Below are positions 50,621-64,000 of a stretch of 64,000 nucleotides of DNA, piece after piece; within the stretch, counting starts at the first letter, position 1, and every line of letters starts with the position of its first letter. The stretch is from positions 59,994,476 to 60,058,475 of the forward strand of contig NC_068989.1 of NCBI RefSeq assembly GCF_001194135.2, read 5' to 3'. The notes beneath the pieces are model-generated. The model had not been told where the DNA came from. It worked only from the letters and a program-made list of their open reading frames with translations, and did not search any database. This DNA is from Octopus bimaculoides (lineage: Eukaryota). Position numbers and translations under genes: made by a program.

Positions 50621-53600
50621 ATCAGTCCATTGCACTCAAATATTTATTTAAACATATATCAAAACCATCTCGTAGACACTGCTTATAAAGAGTATAACAT
50701 TTGCTCGAAGTTCCATGTGAATACAAATTGCATGAAGAAATGTATTAAAAAAAAAATAAAATACTATAGTATTTGTCTATCGGCCATGCTTCATGTTAAT
50801 AATCTTTTAACCGAACATAAACCTTCAGAGAAGTTTTCGTACAATGCTTAATACAATAGAATATCAAATATTCTACAGAAATTATACTTTGGAAGTTCGT
50901 GATAGTAATAGTTTTGAATATACATATATATTATATTAAGGATATTATCGTTTTCAAATGCCATATTTTTATTCTGGATATATGTTCCAGATATATTTTC
51001 TATCCATCAGTTTTCAAAAATGAGATCATCTCTATCAGGTAGGGACGTTATAGGAAATATAATACAGCTCTTAAATGTCTCAAGAACATCTCATAGGTTC
51101 TTCATCGCACCAATCGTCTGTTTACCATTTTACTCTTAAAAATTCTAATCACAAAATTGATTCTTCATGTCTTTCCTGAACTTCTATGCATGTTTCCTGA
51201 CGTTTTTCTTAAGTCAAATCATTACTGAAGATTAAATTTTTGTGACAGTTTCAATTTCCGAAATACATCTTTAACGGAATATATTGTCGTTTTCATTATA
51301 TCTCTGTCACATTTGTCATTCTGCGATACCCATTTTGAGATATAGTTTGTCTATTTAGTTTTAATTTACTTTCCCGTGCTTGCGCTTTGTAGCTTCTTTC
51401 TAACATCTCTACAGAAGCAGTTTCCCTTACGTCAGTTTACTGCTTTAACAAGGACTCGTTCTAAGCTTGCGATATTACTATACGTGACGTAAGCACATCT
51501 TAGGTTACTGTTTATTATTTTTTATATGTTTTGAAAATCTGCATTTTCAGGGATAACTCGTTTTACAGATGTGGAAAAAGATACATTTTAGCCTTTAATA
51601 ATACTCTGTGTCGTATAGTTATTGCTCATGAGGCATCAGTAACTATTATATTTTTCGAGATGTATATTTATCATGCATTCTCACCATTATGTTCAATTCA
51701 TACCCCTTATTTGAGCTTATTGATCTCATAATTTTAGTAAAAGCTCATCGGGTTATGACAATTTTACCAATACACGCTAAATTATGTTCCATGCATTTTC
51801 TGATGATTTACTTTCAACTTTATTGTCAACAAATAAGGATTTATAACATTGGAACAGTGTCACACATTTATACAAGAACCTAATTATTGATTAGACTCGG
51901 TATTTATCTAGCACCTATCATATCGATATTACTGAGAAGAAAGGTGAAGTAAACCCCGGAGCGAATTGAATCTAGTATGTTAACGGATACATGTAAAATC
52001 TTATATTGAAACAGAAATATTTCATTTGGAGTTTTTTTTCGTGACTATATTGTGTCCAGTTGAAATATATATGTGTTCCGTACGGTAACATACGGTTCCT
52101 TGGTAGAGTTTACAGGAATCTATTTATATTTAATATTTAAATGATTTAATTTATTCAGTCATACTTTTTTTTTACTTATATTGTTTTCACTTCGCTCATC
52201 TGCTTTATCCCACGTCGACTTCTTTTATTTCATTGGTAAAAGGTATTTTAAAACCGTTAAAAAAATCTTAAACCATAAAAGATTTAGAATCTCTTTTCTC
52301 TGATGATATAATTTCCTCTTTTGTTTTTGAAGTTGATGTCACAAATGTTTCATAACAAAATATTCATTTTGATTTTGGATTATATGACAAAAACAGATCC
52401 GCTACAAGATTTATTCATTCTTAGCTATGCATTCAATACTGCCGGTGTTATAAGGATACTAACTGCTTGTTAGAGAGATTTCTGCGTATAGTGTTAGAAA
52501 AAAATGTAGTTTTATTTCTAATACTATTTACAAAACGATCTGGTAGGTAAATTCTTATCTAATTTTAGATATTTTTCATGTCAGTGCAAAATAGTATCTA
52601 TGAGATATCAATCTCTAAAAATAGAATTATATAACTTTAAGGAAATAAATGTCCAAGGGAACCGATAAATGCTTCTCATTACAAACGTTCAAGGTAATAT
52701 ATTTTTTCCAAAATTTTACTCAAAAGAAATACACAGGAAGTAATTTTCTTGTGTGTATCCCTACTTTTATAGCAAGTTTAAAAAAACCGAAACGTTTATA
52801 GAATATTTGTAATAAAATAAATCTACTAAAAAACATTTAAAATCGTGAAAATTCTTTGAAGTAAATTTGAATGATGAAGTATATTTCACTAAAAGAACTC
52901 AACTTTACTTCATAATTCGCTTTATGTTATGGAGTATTAGTAATAGAATTGTTCATGATTTGGAAATCATGTTATTTGTGCTCGTATAATTCACCAAGAC
53001 AGAATATTCTGTGGAATGATTTCATAATCGATGAAAGAGAATGTAAATGGGAGATGAAAATGAAAAAAAAAAAAAATCCAAAAAAGCAGAAAAAAAAAAG
53101 CAAGTAAGGTTTAAGTAAATGAAAAACAAAACAAAGATAAATAATGAAAGTAGTCTTTCTGCTCCTGATTCTGACACATTTCCAATTAATATGAATTTTT
53201 TTCCCCATAAATCGTAGGAAGTTATGAAAAATAAAATCAAGACAGGAATAAATAAAGTGTTTGAAGGAGAAGTGACAGTTAAAAGTTTGACATTTATTAG
53301 GCAATCCCCGATGTCAGAGACTAATTCAAAATGACAATAAAATCACAAGAGTATTCTAGATAGTTGTAGTTAACGATCGAACAATAGATTTCTTTTGTTT
53401 TATTGATTCTATTCGAAAACAGCGAATTTAATATCAATATCGTTTTCTCTGAACAAAAACCAAGGTCACGTATTCGGAGGGAGGAAAACATGAAAAGGAA
53501 GTTGTGAACTTTATGCATTTACTAAGTAAGGCATTAAAGAAAAAGAAAAAACAACATATTCTAATGAGAATCGAAACCGTACCGTAATCTGTTGACGCTT

Positions 53601-55574
53601 ATATATTTCCTGTGGTGCTCATCATAACTCTAATGATTAATGATCTCTTCCTGCACATCTTCAATGTCATTTCCTTTTCATTTGCTGCCGTTACCGTTTT
53701 TGAAGAGCAGCATTTAATGATGATAGAAGCTAGTGATTCCTCGTCCTTTAAAATTTATGTGAGAGCAAAGTTATTGCCCTTGATATCATGTCTGTTAAAG
53801 TAATTCACGGAAAAGCTATTTACGTTATTTACGTTATCACGAATCAACTAGATATGAAAGTTCATTATCAGGTTTATCCATCACAGTATGTACAGCCGGA
53901 ACTTTCTTCTCTCCGACTATCACTCTAGCAGCTCGAGTATACCTCAAAGGTAGGTTCCTTTTCCTACACTTTCTATTCTCTATATTTATGACCAGCCACA
54001 CAAGCACACATATACACAAACGCACACGCACACGCACATTTCAGATGATACTCGCACACACACACACACGCACCAGGAGTGGATGCTATTTGTGAATAGA
54101 TACCTCGAAGGCATTTTGAAATACGCATTCGAAATAGAGTTTTATTCAACAACATCCAATTGCTAACGTTACACGTTTTAACAACGGAAGCACACAATAA
54201 TTCATTCACTGCACTTATGAATGAAACGCAATTAAAATTAGCTCACACCTTATTTACTACATAAATAGTTTCTGATCCTTTGAACTTGCCAAATCAGTAC
54301 AAATCTAATCAAAAACCACTTGATGCATTCACCTTTTCTCCTCTCTTTAGCACCTAAACATTCTTCAACCACTCTCTCCAACATCGTGCCCAAGCAAAAC
54401 TCATACAGACAAACACACATACGTCCGTCACTCCAAACTTGGATGTTATACATATCTTTAATTAATAATTGTAAAAAATTGAAACATAAAAATACTTACA
54501 ATTTACTCTGATTTTTTTTTGTTATGGAAAATCAGAGAATGCTCGGATTACAACCGATTTTACTTTAAAAACTAATTTTCCCAACCGATTGAGCATAAAT
54601 TTAAGGATGTGATTCGGTATACTTAAACCAATGTAGCTCGGTTTCTTTAAATGCTTCCTTTCTCTATGTATGACTTGTCCCTTCATCTCCAACAGCACGC
54701 TCATAACTGGCCCAAATGCTCAATTCCGCATCATCGACAACGTCAACTGCATCTCCATCAACTTCATATATTGAATGAAATAATGTAGACTCTGGTTATA
54801 TACTCGATACAAAAGATAATTTTTCTTTTATATGCGAGCAAGACTGATCGTTGTCTGGGTAACTGGCTCCCCAGATGATTTCGTGGAAACTGGAATAACA
54901 CTGAAGTAAGCTCCAAGTCCGAAGCTAGATATTTTAATTTTCCAGTCAATTTCTTCAGTCGTCTTTCTGTGTATTACACCAAGGCTCAAACTTTACCGTT
55001 ATTTACCGGGACAAAAACCAAATATTTTCCACCGTCGCACGCGGCAATGAAATTCTCACACTGTCTTACTTCATTCAATTCTTGCAGCTTCCCTTTTCTC
55101 CATTTGCAGATGTATAATCAAAGTATCAAAGATCCTATTCGAGTCACAGGTTCATAAGGCCGGTTTTTCCGGATTCTCTAGCATACATATATATATNNNN
55201 NNNNNNNNNNNNNNNNNNNNNNNNNNNNNNNNNNNNNNNNNNNNNNNNNNNNNNNNNNNNNNNNNNNNNNNNNNNNNNNNNNNNNNNNNNNNNNNNNNNN
55301 NNNNNNNNNNNNNNNNNNNNNNNNNNNNNNNNNNNNNNNNNNNNNNNNNNNNNNNNNNNNNNNNNNNNNNNNNNNNNNNNNNNNNNNNNNNNNNNNNNNN
55401 NNNNNNNNNNNNNNNNNNNNNNNNNNNNNNNNNNNNNNNNNNNNNNNNNNNNNNNNNNNNNNNNNNNNNNNNNNNNNNNNNNNNNNNNNNNNNNNNNNNN
55501 NNNNNNNNNNNNNNNNNNNNNNNNNNNNNNNNNNNNNNNNNNNNNNNNNNNNNNNNNNNNNNNNNNNNNNNNNN

Positions 55575-55908
55575 CGCGGTTTCGATTCCCAGACCGAGCG
55601 TTGTGAGTGTTTATTGAGCGAAAACACCTAAAGCTCCACGAGGTTCCGGCAGGGGATGGTGGCGAACCCTGCTGTACTCTTTCACCACAACTTTCTCTCA
55701 CTCTTACTTCCTGTTTCTGTTGTGCCTGTAATTCAAAGGGCCAGCCTTGTCACACTGTGTCACGCTGAATATCCCCGAGAACTACGTTAAGGGTACACGT
55801 GTCTGTGAAGTGCTCAGCCACTTGCACGTTAATTTCACGAGCAGGCTGTTCCGTTGATCGGATCAACTGGAACCCTCGACGTCGTAAGCGACGGTGTGCC
55901 AACAACAA
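55575..55908 (+). mobile_element. SINE family B (5' end in gap)
   Basis: Colinear with 17640-17979. Confidence 0.92.
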
Positions 55909-56641
55909 TATGTAATGACAGCTAATAATCCCTCCTCACATTTATATACATACACACACGTGCACACACGCTTACTTGGTTGAGTTGTTGTTTAGCACTT
56001 GGCAAGCTCTGACTGATAGAACCCGTGTTCAAAGTCATTCTGGTTATGGCAATTTTCCTTTTTCATATATGTGATCGCATAATGTCCTTTCTATTTTTAG
56101 GACTTTTCGGTGTAATTTGAAATTATTTGATTTCTCTATCTGGTTTATCAGGCAACTTAGCTAATACTCGTATCTATTCAGCTCTCATTTTAATATAATG
56201 AAATCTATACTCTCAGGTTAAGAGAATTTTGCCGTCTCATTTTATTTGTAGGCATGTTACCCTACAAATGACTAGGTAAACGTCTATTGTTAGCATCAAC
56301 CTGTTGGGTATATTATCTGCATATATTTCTGCCAGATTTCCATAAAACAAGACTCCAAAAGTGTCCATGTTATTCATCTCCTGAGAAGATAAGTATTATA
56401 TCAGAGCAGAAATATGCAGAAGTTAAAAATGTATCTTCATAGCAATTAAATTTTCAAGTGAATATTGAGTGACAATGGAAATAAGAAGTGCTAAATAACC
56501 ACAATGGCAGTGAGAGAATCTCAAATATCAGTTATTGTTAAACTGATTTTTCTCAATATCCTCTCCCCATTCTCTTTCTCTGTAATATATGTATATATAC
56601 GCTTGTGTATGTATGTGTGTGCATGAGTGAATATTTCTCTC

Positions 56642-56675
<34 letters not shown>

Positions 56676-56814
56676 GTATGTATTTGTGTATATAAATGAC
56701 TACATATGTATATCAATATATTCATATGCATATATCAATAAATACACACACGTATATAAGTGTGTGTGTGTGTGTGTGTATGTGTGTGTCTGTATATAAA
56801 TGTCAGTGCATATG

Positions 56815-56860
<46 letters not shown>

Positions 56861-57230
56861 CATACAACTATATGTAAATATATCTGTATATTTGGCATAT
56901 TCAAATATTAGCTGAAATAACATCTTTGATTTCTGCTTTGATTTTATATAAGATTTCATTCTTGTTGTACAAGAACCTAGTTATGGATTATCAGCAATTG
57001 AAACAAATATATCTTTTATAGCCTGAATGGTTTAGAAGAAACAGCATCGTGTTCCATGTTGTAAAAATCAAATGATATTGAGAAAATTTTATCTAATGTT
57101 AGTAATAATGGTTGAGTAAAAGAGTAAGTGAAATATATTCTGCAGAGAACATAGAGAAGCCAAAAACAAAGATAGGCTGGTGTAGATATAGATAACGATA
57201 TTTCTTGAAATGTATACAGTGGGTGTATAT

Positions 57231-57269
<39 letters not shown>

Positions 57270-57609
57270 ATATAGTGGATACATATAATGGTTGTTTATA
57301 GTAGACATGTACAGTGAATGTGTACAGTAGATTTATATTGTACATGTATACAATGGATGTCTATTGCGGATCTATAGTAGTGGGTGTGTATAGTAGATGT
57401 ATATAATGAATATATATATNNNNNNNNNNNNNNNNNNNNNNNNNNNNNNNNNNNNNNNNNNNNNNNNNNNNNNNNNNNNNNNNNNNNNNNNNNNNNNNNN
57501 NNNNNATACGGTTGATGTATATTCTGGATGTATATAGTGGGTACTTAAGTTAATTTTTTAAAAATGCAGTTCTGAAAAGTTGATATAAAATTCATGAAAA
57601 TTATGCAGA

Positions 57610-57790
57610 TATTGATATATCGTCGTAATTAATGAATGTACTATAGTAATTAATTAATGTAACATAGTAATTTAGGAATGTACCATAGAAATTAATTAAG
57701 GTACCATAGTAATTAAATAATGCATTATAGTAATTAATGTACAGCAGTGATTAACTAATGTACAGTAGTAGTTAAAGAATGTAGCAAAGC
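57610..57790. repeat. ~22-bp AT-rich minisatellite
   Basis: Repeats of TAATTAATTAATGTACCATAG-like units. Confidence 0.8.
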
Positions 57791-59249
57791 AATTTCCTCC
57801 AGTAAATCTCCATAAATTGTAATAGCACATCTGCCATTTCCTCTCAAATATTGGAACATAACATAAAACTAGATATCGATGTCTTTCTAGAAGAAATTAA
57901 ATTTCGCTGGATTATTTCTAAACTGTTTCCACTAAAGTTTCACAGTTCCATTGGCATACAAGTTATTTGCTGTGTATTGGTACAGTTAACATTTATAAAA
58001 ATAACGGTAATTAATTCGGAGACATAATGGACTACAAAGAGAAATGAATATACAAATTAATTTTCCATTCAGGAAGTTAGTTCTCATGACAAATAAGCTT
58101 TTGTTATTTTTTGTGTTTTGTTTCCTGATTTGTTTTATTTTCTCTGTGTTGTACGTTGTAAAAAAACTGTTTCTTTTTATTTCATCGAATAATACCTAAT
58201 AGAATTCTTTGAAAGCTATCTGTCTGTGAGAGAAATATAATTGAATTACACAAGATTTATTGCTTTAAGATTGTATTTAATAGGACATTATATTTTTTTA
58301 ATCAATGACTTCTATTGGAACAATATTTCTTCCATAATATACCGAGTCTTTGAATGTCTTCAGATAAAATAACCAGCGTCCTTTTGTTAATAATATACAC
58401 TAATGTAGTGCTGGTAAGTAAGAAGATGGGCTTCTCCAGTAATGTAGCGTTTATGAACTAAGTGTATCGAATAAAAAACAAAGAAGCAAAAAAAAAACAA
58501 GCAAACAAGAGAAAACGAAACAGGAAAAAACTCTCTTTCAACACTGATTCACCTATGAAAGTATTTGACCCTAAATTTCAAATAAATGGAAAACTTGGCG
58601 ATTGTACAGCATCGGGTGGCGTATACTGTCAATAATGTTGCGTTTTACTTAACGAAAAATTTCATCTAATTCTAAATCCTACGGCCTCTGAGATGTGGAA
58701 AGTCGAAAGGATCAAATCTTGAATGCGTTGATTTCGAAAAGAGGAAGACTGGAAAGTTTCAGAGTGCAGAAGGAGAAAAAGGACCCCCAGTCCAACTCCA
58801 TCCCACCCAAGACCACTCAGACCCACCCACTCACTCCATACAGACACCAAACCCACCCACCCCATTTCCCCACAAGAAAAAAAAAAGAAAAAGAAAGAAC
58901 AGACACCACAAAATTTAGGTTATGAATACATGGAGGAGAGAACGATATCATTAAGTGATGGAGAAAGAGGAAAAAGGTTTGAACTGAAAGGAAAATAGGA
59001 CTTAGGACTCAGAGGCAGCGAGTGGTGTTACTCAGTGTGGGGTGAGTAGCACACTCTTCATAATATCATTTTCAGATATCATTCATGTTATCATATTTTT
59101 AATTTGTTATTCACGTGCATTTTCACGTATCATTCGTTATATCATATTTTATTTTTATATTTTTAATTGTTATATGTCCCCACGTGTTGTAGTGTCCCCT
59201 CTGTGTAATGCCTTTAGGGCAAAAATATTGAAATAAATAAGCTTGCTTC

Positions 59250-59261
59250 CGCGCATGCGCA
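59250..59261. promoter_or_regulatory. NRF1-type palindrome in a possible promoter segment
   Basis: CGCGCATGCGCA matches YGCGCAYGCGCR; overlapping CTTCCG (ETS-like) motif and CACGTG E-boxes near 59112 and 59181. Confidence 0.35.
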
Positions 59262-59651
59262 GTAAGTCGACTTCCAGCTGAACCAAAGTGGACGTGGAAT
59301 TGTTATGCTCCGGGCTTGTTATGTTTATAAAACTTTTAAAATAAATATTCCAAACATTCATGATATTTCTGAAGTTTATATCATTGTATATGCCTGTATA
59401 CTTTATTTTATTTTACTTTTTAGACATTTTAGAGACTTAAAACTATATATTTATTGATTCTAGAATGATTTGAACACACACACACATATATATTAAATCT
59501 TGCGTTGGATATACGGTATTGTTCCTGTGGTCTTCCACCCTTATGTATCCATTCTTACCATAACTTGAATTCTAGCTCATGCTGAGCACTTCAACTCTAG
59601 CCCGTTTTCATGTATTGTTATATTAACAATATCTAACTATACAAAAAATTA

Positions 59652-59704
<53 letters not shown>

Positions 59705-60086
59705 AAGAAGGCCGTCATATTTTTATTCGTTATTTCTTTAGTATTATATGACTGTGAAAATATAGAGGGGTAAAAGTCAAAATGTTAAGTTTTGTTAATC
59801 TGGAGTCAATTTTATTATTAGTAAGGCGAATCAGACTAATATCTAGGCAGCAATTATTTAATTGTTAGCGGTCACTTGCTTTGCTAATGTTATAAAAGGT
59901 TTATTTAATATTTCCTGGCTAAATAATCCGATTTGAAATTAATCCATGTTTATTGTTATATGCAATGTTTTTCATCTAATTTTCTATGATTTTGCGTCGC
60001 TATTAACATTATCATTAGTTGAATACTTGAAATCATGTAGTAATGAGTATAATTTAGTTGTACTTATAATTGCTATTCTCTAATTG

Positions 60087-60581
60087 AAGGCGGCAAACTT
60101 GCAGAATCAGTTGCGCAAAAAATGCTTGGCGGCATTTCTTCCGGCCGAAACTTCTTGAGTTCAAATTCTGTATGAGTCAACTTTGACTTTCATCCTTTCG
60201 GAGTCTATAAAATAAGCACTAGTTGAGTACTAGGGTTGTCGTCATTCCCCTAATATTACAGGCCTTGTGCCAAAATTTGAAACAGTTTTCCATTTCACGA
60301 AGATTTTTAGTTCTAATGAAGAAAGGAAATGCTTTTTCTTATAAGGTTTTAATATTCTTAAAGTCAGAAGGCGGCGAGCTGGCACAATCATTAGCATGTC
60401 AGGCAAAATGCATAGCGGCATTTCATCCATCTCTACGTTCTGTGTTCAGATTCTCCCGGGGTCGACTTTACCTTTCATGCTTTCGGGGTTGATAAAATAA
60501 ATACCAGTTGACTTCTAGGTTCGATCTATTCGACTTAACCCTTCCTCCGAAATTCCTGATCTTTTGCAAAAATTTGAAACC
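60087..60581 (+). mobile_element. Two tandem diverged SINE family C copies (60087-60283, 60368-60581)
   Basis: Each has an AAGGCGGC head, a TTTCAT.CTTTCGG..T.GATAAAATAA core and an AAATTTGAAAC end. Confidence 0.82.
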
Positions 60582-61096
60582 AGTGGTGTTAAAATAAAAT
60601 TTAAAGCATTAGCATTCTTATAGAAAATCAGTTTGGATGTCATACCTAATATGTCGGTTTGAAAGGGTTTCAGGTTCTTAATGCTTGGAGCAGTTGTGCG
60701 TCTTTATACCACCATGTAAATTTGGTGTTGTAAGACCTGCTGGAGAATAGTTGGAGGCATTTTTAATGCATTCATTTAACAACATCCCTAACATGTAGCA
60801 CTTGTTATAGAATGTGTCACAAGACACACATTAAAGTGTAAACCAAGCTGCATAGATCCATAATTGATGCAACAGTTTTTGAATATAATCGATACTCATC
60901 AATATTATATACTTTCAAGTATTGTCACTAATCACAGATTGTTTGATAAATAATTGGGTTTTTTAACTGAACAGAGTAATATTTATAAACTCAGAGTAAC
61001 ATTTATAAGAGATTGCGCTATTTCATTACATATTTCAGTCAACTCATACAGTGATTGTTCATATAATTAATCATGTTATATAGTGATATAAATTAC

Positions 61097-61154
<58 letters not shown>

Positions 61155-61646
61155 GTTGCATGTGTATTTATGTGTGTGTATGTGGATAGTCATGTGTATG
61201 TCTTCATACATATCGATGCATACACACGCAAATACACGCACAGTGGTATATATATATATATATATANNNNNNNNNNNNNNNNNNNNNNNNNNNNNNNNNN
61301 NNNNNNNNNNNNNNNNNNNNNNNNNNNNNNNNNNNNNNNNNNNNNNNNNNNNNNNNNNNNNNNNNNNNNNNNNNNNNNNNNNNNNNNNNNNNNNNNNNNN
61401 NNNNNNNNNCTTTGAGTTTTCATGTCAGTGTTAATAATAAGACTTTTTGTGGCAAACGCTATTATTATCATCATCGTCACCATAGTAATTGTTTTAGGAT
61501 TGAAGACGGAGAAACAGCATAGTAAGAGGGCAATTTATGGAAGAATCGGTAAAGAGCTGGAAAATATGCGTCACGCTTTTGGATTGCTTACATTTTGTAT
61601 TTTGAGTTCAAACCATACTAGAATCACTTTCGCCTTTGTCATTCTG

Positions 61647-61684
<38 letters not shown>

Positions 61685-61992
61685 CAGATAGTGAAATACT
61701 CGAGTACATGTGAAAGCTTGATACTATTGTACATATAACTGTAATACTACTGTACACGTACCAATGTAATAGTAAAGTACAAATGTCTGTGTAATACTGA
61801 CCAACTAATAAATAAAAAGATATTAAAAATTCTAATATCACATCTGCAATAAATTTATACTGTCCACAAGTAGGATATTTATCCATTGATAATTTTATTA
61901 TTATTTTCTTTTTCAGTTCTATATTTAAGGGATGAGGAATTATGTACATTATTTACATTCGACGGATATTTGTCCTCATCTTGTTTGTTGTT

Positions 61993-62038
61993 AACACAAC
62001 GTTTAGGCTGATATACCCTCCAGCCTTCATCAGGTGTC
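61993..62038 (-). ncRNA. Hammerhead copy with G12U core mutation (probably inactive)
   Basis: GACAC-CUGAUGA-A-GGCUG(GAGGGUAUAU)CAGCC-UAA-ACGU-U-GUGUU. Confidence 0.7.
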
Positions 62039-62283
62039 TTGGGGAAATTTCGAACCTGGGTTCTCATTCCTAAGGTATTTTTCGATGTTATTGTTGTTAT
62101 TATTATTGTTATCATTATTATTATTATCATTATTATTATTATTATTATTATTCAGGTCACTGCCTGGAATCGAACTCAATTCCAGGCGGTGACCTGACTA
62201 CTACTACTACTACTACTACTAATAAAAATAATAATATCGAAAAATAACTTAGGAATGAGAACCCAGGTTCAAAATTTCCCCAA

Positions 62284-62328
62284 GACACCTGATGAAGGCT
62301 GGAAGTTTACCAGCAGAAACGTTGTGTT
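62284..62328 (+). ncRNA. Minimal type-I hammerhead ribozyme motif
   Basis: GACAC-CUGAUGA-AG-GCUGG(AAGUUUA)CCAGC-A-GAA-ACGU-U-GUGUU; core intact, base of helix II mispaired. Confidence 0.72.
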
Positions 62329-62659
62329 AACAACAAACAAGATGAGGACAAATATCTGTCGAATATAAATAATATTTTCTTTTTGCTGCTTGAGTTTTCC
62401 AAGGGGAATCGTACTATTGTGTACAGTTCTATTTAATGTATTTTAATGAGATATACTTTTGAATTTAAAAGTGTGCAGAAGTTGAAGAAAATCACAATTG
62501 GTGGCGCGTGGTTCTGCCTCTTGTGATAATATAAGAGAGAAAAGCACGGTTAATGGGATGACATAAACAAAACCAAATGATTTGAAGAAACTACTGATGT
62601 CATTAATGTCTTCGGTAAAGCTACCATTAATGTTGTTGTCAAAAATGTCTTAAATATTA

Positions 62660-62864
62660 GTTTCAAATTTTGGCACATGACCAGTAATTCCAAGGAGGGA
62701 GAAAGTCGATTACAGTAGTGTTCAACTGCTACTTATTTTATGGACCCCGAAAGGATGAAAAGGAAAGTAGACCTCGGCGGAATTTGAACATCAGAACATA
62801 AAGACGGACGAAAAGCCGCTAAGCATTTTGCCCGGCGTGCTAACGATTCTGCCAGTTCGTTGCC
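62660..62864 (-). mobile_element. SINE family C
   Basis: GACCCCGAAAGGATGAAA...CCTCGGCGGAATTTGAAC...GCATTTTGCCCGGCGTGCTAACGATTCTGCCAG. Confidence 0.85.
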
Positions 62865-63938
62865 GTAAACGTGCCGTCACTACGTCATCTTTGTTTCTGC
62901 AAACATCATCACAGAGTCTGTATGACATGGCTTAATTTTTTTTTTCTTTGGTGGTCAACACAAATGTCATCAATATCATTGTCTCTGGCGTCACCTCCGT
63001 GTGTGTGTAGTCTTTAACGTAGTTAATGACTCTCCTTGACGTCAGTGTACTAGTTTATCAAAATTTGGGTGTCTGGAAGTTAAATTCTATCCAGGTGCAA
63101 TTTGAACTCAAAATATAGAGGAACGTTCCTGTCACTTTAACCGATATCGTAAGTGGATCAAATATTTTCCTAGATGATTATAAAACTTTACCGATCTCAG
63201 AGACCGGTAGAGTAGCAAAAACAGAAAGATGTGGAGCAAAATACCTTGGCTCTTCTATTACACGCGTTTATTCTTGCGTCGAAATCCAACTATAGCCGTT
63301 ATTTCTGCCAGGATAAATTTAATTAACAATATCACCACTTTCTAAATGTAAGTCGTAGTCCCAACGTTAGAAATCGCTGTTCTCTAATTAGTGACATTTA
63401 CCTTAACATTTTCTTTGTGTTGTCCATCGATCGAAATTAGTTGCAACCAAATCCACTATAATTTTGTCATTTATGTTTTCAAATCTTTATCATAACACCA
63501 TGATTCTCCTGAAATTTCGGTGATTATATTTTATTATCACAATTTCGTTTACGTTTATTTTCCTACAGAAGGAACCCTTTTATTCCGATTCATATATTAA
63601 GCCAATGCCAAATACACTATCATTATTATTAATTTTCTCATATATCGGCGTTCAAATTGTTTTCCCTCTTACTTTTGTACTATAACAATCAGTAGGCAAG
63701 AAATGCCTTTTGTGTTCCAGCAATAACTAGACTCGAAACAGTTAATTCTATATTATTCTTGCTGAGCTTCTCCAATTACTACCAATCAGGTGAGATTTTT
63801 ATTGGCCTCGCTAAGATATAATAGCAGAGACTTGCTATTTTGATTCTCTCGTATGGACGCTTCTATGACTTTAATTACTCCCGACTTCTCTCTATCGGAC
63901 TAGGTTTGATTATGATTAGATCTTAAATATTGCGTAAA

Positions 63939-63985
<47 letters not shown>

Positions 63986-64000
63986 CTGTATATATATATA

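Larger units (their letters stand above)
61948..62373. repeat. ~425-bp imperfect palindrome of two head-to-head hammerhead-bearing elements
   Basis: The arms are reverse complements; the apex is TCAGGTCACTGCCTGGAAT-CGAACTCA-ATTCCAGGCGGTGACCTGA (8-nt loop 62171-62178). Confidence 0.92.

Noticed and set aside
49840-52800. Isolated CTGATGA (~49846), CTGAAGA (~50260) and GAAACGTT (~52790) strings
   Set aside because: None has the partner half-core with helices I and II, so they are not hammerheads.

Overview
AT-rich eukaryotic non-coding DNA with 12 assembly gaps, most flanked by microsatellites. The SINE families resemble those I recall from octopod cephalopods, so the source is probably an Octopus draft genome (inference). 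I could not confidently identify any intact host gene, rRNA, true tRNA or CRISPR array. The window is mostly transposon relics: a Tigger/pogo element with both TIRs, two maT/DD37D elements, mariner and Tc1 remnants, a piggyBac deletion derivative, two Helitron-like non-autonomous elements, a Penelope-like RT, a Gypsy integrase fragment with an LTR start, REL-, RTE- and CR1/Jockey-like LINE fragments, and about 16 copies of three tRNA-derived SINE families. The strongest signal is a set of minimal type-I hammerhead ribozyme (HHR) motifs from at least four unrelated sequence families (3.1, 24.3/24.9, 42.5/42.9 and 62.0/62.3 kb), plus two degenerate HHR-like hairpins (27.2 and 40.6 kb). All four families have a palindromic helix III, three use a GUU cleavage triplet, one has a covariant U3-A8 core, and three sit in large inverted-repeat structures. 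One family lies downstream of a tRNA B-box-like motif, which suggests a Pol III SINE carrying a ribozyme. Ribozyme activity and novelty are untested.
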